From Candidatus Omnitrophota bacterium (GTDB lineage Bacteria; Omnitrophota; Gorgyraeia; JACQQV01): a stretch of DNA of 64,000 nt. The position numbers and the translations under genes were made by a program. The notes below the pieces were generated by a model that searched no databases, was not told the DNA's origin, and saw nothing but the letters and a program-made list of their open reading frames with translations. Below, one piece after another: positions 17,300 to 24,806 of this stretch. The stretch spans positions 5,978-69,977 of the forward strand of contig JACQQV010000039.1 in NCBI GenBank assembly GCA_016206785.1, in the 5' to 3' direction. Numbering within the stretch: the stretch's first letter is position 1; each line of letters starts with the position of its first letter.

Positions 17300-18331
17300 T
17301 TATTTCTCAGTTGTTTTCTGCTGTATCATCCATTGTTTTTCTAAAAAGGCGTTCAATTTTTCACGGCTGTCATCCGCCATCGACACAAAAGAGATCCCAA
17401 CGCACTCCATGTGGCTTGCGTTCTGGAGATGTTGCCAAACCACTTCTCCGAGGATACGAAGGGGATCGGAGTGAAAAGGCACCTTGAGGCTTAACTGAAA
17501 GAAAGTGGGCAGCGCCTCTGAAGGAGGCCGTTCGATACAAAGACCCCCTGGGGAAATATTCAAAATACGGGCCTTTGTTTTCGTGGTCCGTTGATAAACA
17601 GTTCCGAGTTCCAAAGAAGGGCGGTCCTCAAAAGGAAGGGCATCACAGACAAGACGCGGGTGTTGTCTTTTTTCCAAAAATCGTTCTTCACGAGGGAGAT
17701 GTCCCTGTTCTTGGAGGAAGGTTCCTTTGAGTTCCAAGAGCTTTTGTCCATCGATGAGTTCAATCGCTTCAGGCTCTGAAGTGGTATAGGCAGGATGTGA
17801 AAAGACACCGGTAACGAAGAAATAGCCACCGGTAGCTCCCCTTTTTTGCACCTTCTCGTTAAACTCCTGAATGTCCCGAGAGTCAAAAAATGTTCTCCGA
17901 TTGTCACAACGTACAAGATACCGTTTATGGCGGAGCTGGAAAGAGTCTCCCGTTCCTTCGATTTGAATGCTTGGCCACATCTTCTCGAAAATCCGAAGGC
18001 AAAGTTTTGAAAAATCTTCCTCCTTCATTTCTCTCAACTCTTCAAGGCCCACCCCCTCCACTTTTTTCGACAGCGGGAGATCGCTTTTCTCAGAAGTCTG
18101 AGGAACTGTCCGACGGGATTCCTTCTTCCATAGAAAGCCTGTCCCCATGGGAAGGAAGATCCATGAAAGGAGAGTGAGGAGAAGGGCAAGGACCCTCACG
18201 TGAAGGGGGTAATGGCTTGCTGCGATATTGGCGATAAAAAGGAGGGAGAGAGGAGCCAAAGAAATCCATGCCACTGTAATCACGACGCCCATAGTCAGAA
18301 AATTCTTTCTCAAGAAACGCTTCCCTTCCAA
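17300..18331 (-). CDS. Membrane-anchored protein with Mrr-like restriction-endonuclease-fold domain fused to a C-terminal PilZ domain
   Basis: Two N-terminal TM helices; middle block EDFSKLCLRIFEKMW..GDSFQLRHKRYLVRCDNRR..GGYFFVTGVFS..LIDGQKLLEL matches the Mrr_cat layout; the (Q/E)xK lysine is replaced (RCD); C-terminus has PilZ motifs RLVCD / NISPGG. Confidence 0.6.
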   Translation of the reverse strand: MEGKRFLRKNFLTMGVVITVAWISLAPLSLLFIANIAASHYPLHVRVLALLLTLLSWIFLPMGTGFLWKKESRRTVPQTSEKSDLPLSKKVEGVGLEELREMKEEDFSKLCLRIFEKMWPSIQIEGTGDSFQLRHKRYLVRCDNRRTFFDSRDIQEFNEKVQKRGATGGYFFVTGVFSHPAYTTSEPEAIELIDGQKLLELKGTFLQEQGHLPREERFLEKRQHPRLVCDALPFEDRPSLELGTVYQRTTKTKARILNISPGGLCIERPPSEALPTFFQLSLKVPFHSDPLRILGEVVWQHLQNASHMECVGISFVSMADDSREKLNAFLEKQWMIQQKTTEK

Positions 18332-18714
18332 TTTTTGATATAAGAAACAATTTCTTCCAGGGGGGTCCCTGGGCCGAACAGCCTTCCAACACCCAGCTTG
18401 GAGAGTTTTTTTTGATCTGCTTCGGGAATGATCCCTCCTCCGGTCACCAACATCTCCTTGATTCCTTTTTCTTTCAAAAGCTTCATCATCTTTCGGAACA
18501 CGGTCATATGGGATCCTGTAAGAACACTCACGGCGATGACGTTTGCCTTCTTTTGAATCGCTGCGTTGACGATCATTTCGGGTGTTTGCCGGAGCCCCAG
18601 ATAGATAACGTCCATCCCCCCCTCTTTGAGGGCAGAGGCGACGATCTGAATTCCTCGATCATGTCCGTCTAGACCCGGCTTTGCCAATACAATTTTTTTC
18701 TTTTTTTTCATCAT
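18310..18714 (-). CDS. Methylmalonyl-CoA mutase small (cobalamin-binding) subunit
   Basis: B12-binding DxHxxG motif (DGHDRG), 134 aa. Confidence 0.85.
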   Translation of the reverse strand: MMKKKKKIVLAKPGLDGHDRGIQIVASALKEGGMDVIYLGLRQTPEMIVNAAIQKKANVIAVSVLTGSHMTVFRKMMKLLKEKGIKEMLVTGGGIIPEADQKKLSKLGVGRLFGPGTPLEEIVSYIKNWKGSVS

Positions 18715-18715
18715 C

Positions 18716-20284
18716 TCAAAAAATCGGTTTCTGGTGGTATTCGCCGAACACCCTCTTTAGTTTCTCGACGATTTCTCCCAAGGTGGCGTAGGCATGCGCC
18801 GCCTCAACGAGGCTCTCCATTAAATTTTCCTCGGTTTTCGCAGCCTCTCCAAGGTGCTCAAGCGCTTGTCTGACTTTTTGGGGGCTTCTCATCTTGCGTA
18901 CCCGTTTAAGCCGCGCCACTTGCTTGCGTTCGATACCGGCTCCGATGGTGAGAAGTGGAATCTCGGATTCTTCCTTTTGAAGATAGGCATTCACCCCGAC
19001 GATAATTCTTTTCTTTTGCTCGATTTCCCGCTGATAGCACCTTGCGGCGTGGGCGATCTCCTTCTGGAAGAAACCCTGTTCCAGCGCAGGGACAACCCCT
19101 CCTTTTTCCTGAATACGTCGGAAATATTCTTCCGCTCTGTGTTCTAGACGGTCGGTCAGGCATTCAATCGCATAAGATCCTGCCAGCGGATCCACAATCT
19201 CCGTTATTCCGATCTCATGGAGAAGAATTTGTTGCGTACGAAGAGCGATACGGACCGCTTTTTCGGTAGGGAGTGCCAGTTGTTCATCCATCGAGTTGGT
19301 ATGGAGACTTTGCGTCCCACCCAGTACGGCGGAGAGGGCCTCATAGGCTGTGCGAACAATATTGTTTTCTGGTTGCTGGCGTGTGAGTGTACACCCTGCG
19401 GTTTGAGTGTGAAACCGCAAAAGCCAAGAACGTTTCTTTTTTGCCTTGTACTCGTTTCTCATCTTTTTCGCCCAAATCCTCCGTGCCGCTCGGAATTTCG
19501 CAATTTCTTCCAAGAAGTTTAAGTGGGCATTGAAGAAGAAGGAAAGGCGGGGGGCGAAATGGTCAACGGCCAATCCCCGCTTAAGACTTTCTTCCACGTA
19601 GGTAAAACCATCCGCGAGGGTAAACGCAAGTTCCTGAGCGGCCGTGGAACCCGCCTCACGGATATGGTACCCACTGATGCTGATGGTGTTCCAAAGGGGC
19701 AAGTGATGCGTGCAGTGTTCAATGACATCGACGACGAGTTTCAAGGAAGGCCTGGGTGGGAAGATCCATTCCCTCTGCGCAATGTATTCTTTAAGGATGT
19801 CGTTCTGAAGGGTACCTTTTAGACGGCGCAGAGAAGCCCCTTGTTTCTGAGCGCAGGCAATGTAAAAAGCAAGCATCACGATGGCGGGTCCATTAATGGT
19901 CATGGAGGTAGAGATGCGATCGAGAGATATTTTCTTAAAGAGATCTTCCATGTCTTGAAGGGTATCGATGGCCACCCCGCAACGTCCCACTTCTCCCTCG
20001 GCTCTGGGGCTATCGGAATCAACGCCCATGAGGGTAGGCATGTCAAATGCGACTGAGAGTCCCATCTGCCCTTCTGCGAGGAGAAGATGAAAGCGTTTGT
20101 TTGTTTCTTCTGCGGTTCCGAATCCAGCAAATTCCCGGATCGTCCATGGCTTTTGACGATACATCGTAGGGTGGATGCCCCGCGTAAAGGGAAAGGTCCC
20201 AGGATCCCCAAGGTGGTGTGCATAGCCTCTTTCCGGAAAGTCGTTCGGCGTGTAATAGGTTCTGTTTCTTCTGGAAGATGTCAT
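18716..20284 (-). CDS. Methylmalonyl-CoA mutase large (catalytic) subunit
   Basis: Conserved MCM N-terminus (..FPFTRGIHPTMYRQKPWTIREFAGFG..), 522 aa. Confidence 0.9.
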   Translation of the reverse strand: MTSSRRNRTYYTPNDFPERGYAHHLGDPGTFPFTRGIHPTMYRQKPWTIREFAGFGTAEETNKRFHLLLAEGQMGLSVAFDMPTLMGVDSDSPRAEGEVGRCGVAIDTLQDMEDLFKKISLDRISTSMTINGPAIVMLAFYIACAQKQGASLRRLKGTLQNDILKEYIAQREWIFPPRPSLKLVVDVIEHCTHHLPLWNTISISGYHIREAGSTAAQELAFTLADGFTYVEESLKRGLAVDHFAPRLSFFFNAHLNFLEEIAKFRAARRIWAKKMRNEYKAKKKRSWLLRFHTQTAGCTLTRQQPENNIVRTAYEALSAVLGGTQSLHTNSMDEQLALPTEKAVRIALRTQQILLHEIGITEIVDPLAGSYAIECLTDRLEHRAEEYFRRIQEKGGVVPALEQGFFQKEIAHAARCYQREIEQKKRIIVGVNAYLQKEESEIPLLTIGAGIERKQVARLKRVRKMRSPQKVRQALEHLGEAAKTEENLMESLVEAAHAYATLGEIVEKLKRVFGEYHQKPIF

Positions 20285-20297
20285 GAGGAATTTTGTC

Positions 20298-20825
20298 TCA
20301 TGGGGGGAAAGAGGAAGGGGTTAAGAAAATAGAAAGACAAACCACCCCCAGTCCTCCCGCCCATGCATTGATCCAGATATCCCGTAAATCAAATACCCGG
20401 TTGGGAAGAAATCCTTGGAGGATTTCATCGACCACTCCGATTAAAAAAGTACCCACGAGAGTCAAACCATAACTCCAGGGGACCTTGACACTATGTCTCA
20501 AGAAGCGAAAGAGAAAGAAACTTAACAGGCCATACTCGATGAAGTGAATCCTCTCAACCGGTCGTTTCAGGCAAGACATGGAGACAAGAAAAATTCCTGC
20601 CAACATGAGAAAACTGAGGATTCGGAAGAATCTTCTGGGGAGATAACCCCAGCAGAGGAGGACCAGGAGGGATGAAATGAGATAAGGGAGAAAAGGGGAC
20701 CAAGAGAAACGTCGTTCCAAGAGGCTCCAAAGCGCTGGAACAAAAGGAGCACTTCCCCACAAAAGCAGTACATAACCGATGGCGAGGGCGCCATCATAAA
20801 GTTTCTGGGAAGTACTCTTTCTCAT
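20298..20825 (-). CDS. VanZ-like family membrane protein
   Basis: 4 TM helices with a VanZ-like layout (..ERIHFIEYGLLSFF..). Confidence 0.6.
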   Translation of the reverse strand: MRKSTSQKLYDGALAIGYVLLLWGSAPFVPALWSLLERRFSWSPFLPYLISSLLVLLCWGYLPRRFFRILSFLMLAGIFLVSMSCLKRPVERIHFIEYGLLSFFLFRFLRHSVKVPWSYGLTLVGTFLIGVVDEILQGFLPNRVFDLRDIWINAWAGGLGVVCLSIFLTPSSFPP

Positions 20826-20894
20826 TGCTATAACAATAACACAAATTCAAGGTTACGTCAATCGAAGAACCCAGTTCACGGAAAGGCGATGGGC

Positions 20895-21653
20895 CTATTG
20901 AAGCGCGGGCATTTTAAAAGAAGGGTCTCTCTTCTTTATTTGTTGTGCAATTTCAAAAAGCTTTTCTTGGAGAAGGGCATCGCCTGTTTTAAGATAAGCC
21001 GAATAGGTATCCAAGAAAAGATCCTGTATTTCTCTGAGACGAAGGACCCCTTCAAAGCTGTCAAGATCTTTCAAAAAACGGGTAAAATTCTCCTCTTGTG
21101 TTTTAAGGAAATTGAGGTAAGCCTCCCGGACGTTTAAAAGGATCTGCTGGTACTGATTAAAGAAGTGAGAAAGCTTGCTTAAGATGATCCCTAGGGCGGT
21201 GACTTTTCGGTGGAGAAGTCTATCGTACTCAGAGGCGAACTGGTAATACGTTTTCGCATAGCCTTCATAGGCACTCTGCGATTTCTCGAAAAAGGCGCTT
21301 TCCCCTCTTCCCTCCCCCCCGAGATTTTTAAAAATGCTGAGGAGGAGAAGGAGATGATCCGCATTCGTCTTGTAGACGAGATACTTGAAGTAGTTGTCTT
21401 GAGAATCCTCAACCATTTTGAAAACATCGGTGTTCCGAAGGGAAGCTAAATGTCGGATTCTTTCATTGAAGGAAGGATAGCTTGCTTCGAGGAGAAGGAA
21501 GGCAAGATAAATATTAACGTCCTCATCGGAGTGATGAGGATCTTCTTTCATCCCCAATTCAATGCGGGATTTTAGGACACTCTCCACAAGAAATCCCAAC
21601 ACAGATTCCTTTTTTTCATCGCTGAGATTAAAATAAAAGGGCTGGAGTTCCAT
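20895..21653 (-). CDS. Hypothetical all-alpha protein
   Basis: 252-aa ORF with GAAGGAGGG SD; no recognisable domain. Confidence 0.4.
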   Translation of the reverse strand: MELQPFYFNLSDEKKESVLGFLVESVLKSRIELGMKEDPHHSDEDVNIYLAFLLLEASYPSFNERIRHLASLRNTDVFKMVEDSQDNYFKYLVYKTNADHLLLLLSIFKNLGGEGRGESAFFEKSQSAYEGYAKTYYQFASEYDRLLHRKVTALGIILSKLSHFFNQYQQILLNVREAYLNFLKTQEENFTRFLKDLDSFEGVLRLREIQDLFLDTYSAYLKTGDALLQEKLFEIAQQIKKRDPSFKMPALQ

Positions 21654-21670
21654 TCACCCTCCTTCAGGCA

Positions 21671-21704
21671 CAAAAAAATCGGGATGGCCACTTGGCATCC
21701 CGAT
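21671..21704 (-). terminator. Intrinsic terminator (GC-rich hairpin plus U7)
   Basis: ATCGGGATGGCC..GGCCATCCCGAT stem of about 11 bp, then UUUUUUU on the minus strand; 88 nt past small ORF 21792..21899 and 18 nt before ATG 21653. Confidence 0.55.
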
Positions 21705-21719
21705 CGACTACCCAGATAC

Positions 21720-21748
21720 AATTATACCTGAAAAGGGTTGTTTTGTCA
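21720..21748 (-). promoter_or_regulatory. Perfect-consensus sigma70 promoter TTGACA-17-TATAAT
   Basis: -35 TTGACA (21748..21743), 17-nt spacer, -10 TATAAT (21725..21720); predicted TSS about 8 nt before the terminator hairpin. Confidence 0.55.
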
Positions 21749-21791
21749 ATGCTTCAAAGACAGAAAGGTCCGAACGACTTCCGAAGGGAGC

Positions 21792-21899
21792 TTAGACGCC
21801 GAGAAAGGCTCTCACCACGGTGGTCAGAACGAGTCCGATGACCATTCCGATGAGAAGGTTAAGGGTACTGGCAATATCAAAAATGGGGAATCGGTCCAC
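21792..21899 (-). CDS. Small hydrophobic peptide (35 aa), unannotated
   Basis: GTG start with AAGGAG at 8 nt; translation VDRFPIFDIASTLNLLIGMVIGLVLTTVVRAFLGV (one TM helix); own promoter and downstream terminator. Confidence 0.4.
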   Translation of the reverse strand: MDRFPIFDIASTLNLLIGMVIGLVLTTVVRAFLGV

Positions 21900-21920
21900 A
21901 GGTTTTTCTCCTTGTGAACC

Positions 21921-21949
21921 ATTATGGGATAGCGACGAGAGAAAGTCAA
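21921..21949 (-). promoter_or_regulatory. Sigma70-like promoter TTGACT-17-CATAAT for the 35-aa peptide
   Basis: -35 TTGACT (21949..21944), 17-nt spacer, -10 CATAAT (21926..21921); directly follows terminator 21951..21981. Confidence 0.4.
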
Positions 21950-21950
21950 G

Positions 21951-21981
21951 AAAAAAAAGGCCGCCCTTCATCAGGGCGGCC
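21951..21981 (-). terminator. Intrinsic terminator after the 49-aa membrane-protein gene
   Basis: Perfect 8-bp stem GGCCGCCC/GGGCGGCC, 7-nt loop, followed by U8 on the minus strand. Confidence 0.7.
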
Positions 21982-22010
21982 TCGTATGCTTCTTGGAGAG
22001 CCTAGTGGAT

Positions 22011-22160
22011 TTACTTGGCCAATTTCGCAAAGACCACTAGGATCGTTAGGATCGCGACCAGCGGCATATGGGCTGCAAGGTATCCACTATAATGTAGCCC
22101 CAAAAAGACGCCGATGACGATCCCTGGGAGAAGATCTTTGATTTTATCAAAAACTTTCAT
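22011..22160 (-). CDS. Small membrane protein (49 aa), unannotated
   Basis: ATG with AAGGGGGTGA SD; translation MKVFDKIKDLLPGIVIGVFLGLHYSGYLAAHMPLVAILTILVVFAKLAK (two hydrophobic segments); own promoter and terminator. Confidence 0.5.
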   Translation of the reverse strand: MKVFDKIKDLLPGIVIGVFLGLHYSGYLAAHMPLVAILTILVVFAKLAK

Positions 22161-22245
22161 TGTTTTCACCCCCTTAAGAAGGCAGCATCACTGGTGGATC
22201 AGCCCACCCCTTAAGAGCTTTAGCCTTTTGAGCCTTCTGTGGATA

Positions 22246-22274
22246 AGTATACCATACTAACAATAAAAAGTCAA
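22246..22274 (-). promoter_or_regulatory. Sigma70-type promoter TTGACT-17-TATACT for the 49-aa membrane protein
   Basis: -35 TTGACT (22274..22269), 17-nt spacer, -10 TATACT (22251..22246); sits in an AT-rich region with TGTACAAA(T/A)TTG direct repeats just upstream. Confidence 0.45.
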
Positions 22275-22388
22275 TATTTTATGACGTATCTTAATGTGAT
22301 ATAATTAGTTATAAGAATTTTAAGAGTGAAAATTTGACTCAATTGACGTTCAATTTTGTACATTTAAAAGAAAACAAATTTGTACACT

Positions 22389-22613
22389 CTATTTCCTCTT
22401 ATCCATCCTTCTGAGCTCCCAAACCTCCCTATCGATGAGGTGGGCCACTCTGTCAATCTCTCGAATCGCCTTTTCGAGGATCTTCCGGAAGTGGCTTGCC
22501 CCCCGGTGCCTTTCCTCGATTTCTACCAGCCTCGCGGCGATTTCGATAAGGGTCAGATACATCCCCTTCATCTCCATCGCTTCCCGAAGATTCCTGCTTT
22601 TCTTTTTTTTCAT
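22389..22613 (-). CDS. Hypothetical small coiled protein
   Basis: 74-aa ORF immediately after the HIT gene (1-nt gap); no recognisable domain. Confidence 0.35.
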   Translation of the reverse strand: MKKKKSRNLREAMEMKGMYLTLIEIAARLVEIEERHRGASHFRKILEKAIREIDRVAHLIDREVWELRRMDKRK

Positions 22614-22614
22614 T

Positions 22615-22959
22615 TTAACCCGGTGGCCAACGGAAGGATCTTCCGCCGAGAAGGTGGAGATGGAGATGGAACACGGTTTGACCCCCTTCCCGATTGCAGT
22701 TAATGACGAAACGGTATCCCCTTTCGGAAACTCCCTCTTTCTGGGCGAGCCGGTTTCCTACGAGGGCCATTTCTCCGAGCAGAGAGGCGTTTTTTTCCGT
22801 GATTTCCGAAACTCTTTCGATATGTTCTCTTGGGATGATAATCGTATGGACGGGGGCCTGCGGGTTAATGTCTTTGAAAGCGAGGATTGATGCGTCCTCA
22901 TAGACGAGGGTGCTCGGAATCTCCTTCTTTGCAATCTTACAAAAAAGGCAGTTTTCCAT
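22615..22959 (-). CDS. HIT-family hydrolase
   Basis: Histidine triad HLHLHLL; start moved to ATG 22959 (MENCLFCKI..). Confidence 0.8.
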   Translation of the reverse strand: MENCLFCKIAKKEIPSTLVYEDASILAFKDINPQAPVHTIIIPREHIERVSEITEKNASLLGEMALVGNRLAQKEGVSERGYRFVINCNREGGQTVFHLHLHLLGGRSFRWPPG

Positions 22960-22988
22960 CGTTTTCAGCATACCAACCAAAAGATCGT

Positions 22989-23017
22989 TTTACAAGGACT
23001 TTGTTTTGGCGTATAAT
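22989..23017 (+). promoter_or_regulatory. Sigma70-type promoter TTTACA-17-TATAAT for the ExeA-like gene
   Basis: -35 TTTACA (22989..22994), 17-nt spacer, -10 TATAAT (23012..23017); ATG at 23029 implies a very short leader. Confidence 0.5.
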
Positions 23018-23028
23018 TAGGACTTAAG

Positions 23029-23853
23029 ATGGCAATCTATCAGGAATTCTATGGGCTCAAAGAAGCCCCCTTTAATGTCACCAGCGACCCCAACTTTCTC
23101 TTTTTTTCCCAGCACCATAAAGAAGCTTACTCCCATTTCCTTTATGGTCTTAAAGAACGGAAGGGATTCCTTCAGATTACAGGAGAAGTCGGGACAGGAA
23201 AGACGACCCTTTGTCGTGCCCTTTTGGATTCTATAGATCATAACAGTACGAAGACCGCCTTTATCTTAAACCCCAACCTCTCAGCCCTGCAACTCCTCAA
23301 GGCCATTGTCACCGATTTCGGCATCGCATCCAAGCATCGGACGCGGATGGAACTCATGGAAGACCTCAATCAGTTTTTGATTGGACAACTCACCGTAGAC
23401 CGCAACGTTGTTTTGATTATCGATGAGGCGCAGAACCTGAGTCTGGACGTTTTGGAACAGGTGCGTATGCTCTCCAACCTTGAGACGCGAAAAGAAAAAT
23501 TGATTCAGATCGCTCTTGTAGGGCAGCCGCAACTCCGGGAGAAACTGGAACATCCTTCCCTGCGCCAACTCAAACAACGGATCGGGGTCCGTTACCACAT
23601 CTATCCTCTCGATAAGGAAGAGGTGGAACACTATATCCGCCACCGCCTTCGGGTCGCAGGTTCAAACGGGAAGATTGTCTTTGCCCCTAAGGCGATCGAA
23701 CACATTTACCGCTACTCGGGAGGGGTTCCCCGTCTGATTAATCTCGTCTGTGACAAAGCGCTTCTTGCCGGGTATGTTTACGAAACGTATACGATTACGC
23801 CGGAAATGACAAAACGTTGCATTCAGGAGCTTGAACGTCCTTCCCCGTCATGA
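23029..23853 (+). CDS. ExeA/GspA-like AAA ATPase (AAA_22)
   Basis: N-terminus MAIYQEFYGLKEAPFNVTSDPNFLFFSQHHKEAYSHFLYGL and Walker A GEVGTGKTT match the ExeA/MshM-like family. Confidence 0.8.
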   Translation: MAIYQEFYGLKEAPFNVTSDPNFLFFSQHHKEAYSHFLYGLKERKGFLQITGEVGTGKTTLCRALLDSIDHNSTKTAFILNPNLSALQLLKAIVTDFGIASKHRTRMELMEDLNQFLIGQLTVDRNVVLIIDEAQNLSLDVLEQVRMLSNLETRKEKLIQIALVGQPQLREKLEHPSLRQLKQRIGVRYHIYPLDKEEVEHYIRHRLRVAGSNGKIVFAPKAIEHIYRYSGGVPRLINLVCDKALLAGYVYETYTITPEMTKRCIQELERPSPS

Positions 23854-24350
23854 GTCTCATCAATGAGGCATTAAAAAAGGCAGAAAAAGAAAAAGCGAAA
23901 CCGAACCTCTTCGGGGTTCAGTCCTTTGAGGAACCTCTTTCCAAAAAACCGAAAAAATGGAAGAAGGGACTCTTTCTTTTACTTGGCATAGGGATATGCG
24001 GTGCTTTATCCGTGGGAGTCTTTGTCCTGAACGCGCCAAAGAAAACTTCTCTTGTCAAGAATGAACCTTCTCCCGTCACACCGGTCGCTCCCGCTGAACA
24101 AAAAGTGTCGGAGGAACCTTCCCCTCCGCCTGCGCCAACACCCACTCCCCTCCGCTCCATTCCTATCGCGATGGATGGTTCATTCATCTTGAACGGGATT
24201 GTAGAGGGAAAAGGGGAAAACGTTGCGATCATCAACAATAGGATCACTCGGGTAGGAGATGAAACGGACGGCGCAGTCCTTCTGGAGGTGGGAAAAGATT
24301 CTGTCTTGCTTAAGAAGGAAGGAAAAAAGTTCTTTCTGAAGATGAGATAA
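23850..24350 (+). CDS. ExeB/GspB-like membrane protein
   Basis: ATGA overlap with ExeA-like gene; one TM, Pro-rich linker, C-terminal ..FILNGIVEGKGENVAIINNRITRVGDETDG.. resembling the T2SS-B C-terminal domain. Confidence 0.5.
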   Translation: MSLINEALKKAEKEKAKPNLFGVQSFEEPLSKKPKKWKKGLFLLLGIGICGALSVGVFVLNAPKKTSLVKNEPSPVTPVAPAEQKVSEEPSPPPAPTPTPLRSIPIAMDGSFILNGIVEGKGENVAIINNRITRVGDETDGAVLLEVGKDSVLLKKEGKKFFLKMR

Positions 24351-24806
24351 TCAGAGGGAAAGGGAGAAATGGATCATTTCGACCTCTCCGAAGCGTAGTT
24401 TTTCGACCTCCGAAAATCCTTTCCGCCGGATAAGACCCATCGCCGCTGCCATCCCTACAGTACCACGAAAGATTACTTTTTTATAGCCTTTCTGCTTGCA
24501 AAAGGCGAGGGCCTGATCGACAAGTTGCGAGCCGTACTTTTTCCCGCGATGGGCAGGATCCACGAAAAGACGCCTCAAGAGGGCTGTATCGCGGTCGTCT
24601 TCTTTAACGGCGGCAGTTCCCACGATGCGATAGTCCACTTCTCCGACGAGAAAGATGTTTCGGTTCCCGCTGTAAACCTCTGAAATCATGTCTAGGTCTG
24701 TCTCAGAGTAGGCCTTCTTCTCAAGGAAAAACTCTTCGTCCAGAATCGTAGTAATGAGTTGTCTGACCGCGTCCTCATCTCCCTTACGAAACGGTCGTAC
24801 GTTCAT
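24351..24806 (-). CDS. GNAT family N-acetyltransferase
   Basis: GNAT motifs (..RLFVDPAHRGKKYGSQLV..), 151 aa. Confidence 0.7.
   Translation of the reverse strand: MNVRPFRKGDEDAVRQLITTILDEEFFLEKKAYSETDLDMISEVYSGNRNIFLVGEVDYRIVGTAAVKEDDRDTALLRRLFVDPAHRGKKYGSQLVDQALAFCKQKGYKKVIFRGTVGMAAAMGLIRRKGFSEVEKLRFGEVEMIHFSLSL

Noticed and set aside
17300-18331. Calling the TM-Mrr-PilZ protein an active restriction endonuclease
   Set aside because: The conserved (Q/E)xK lysine of Mrr-type catalytic sites is replaced (RCD), and no methyltransferase or specificity partner is adjacent.
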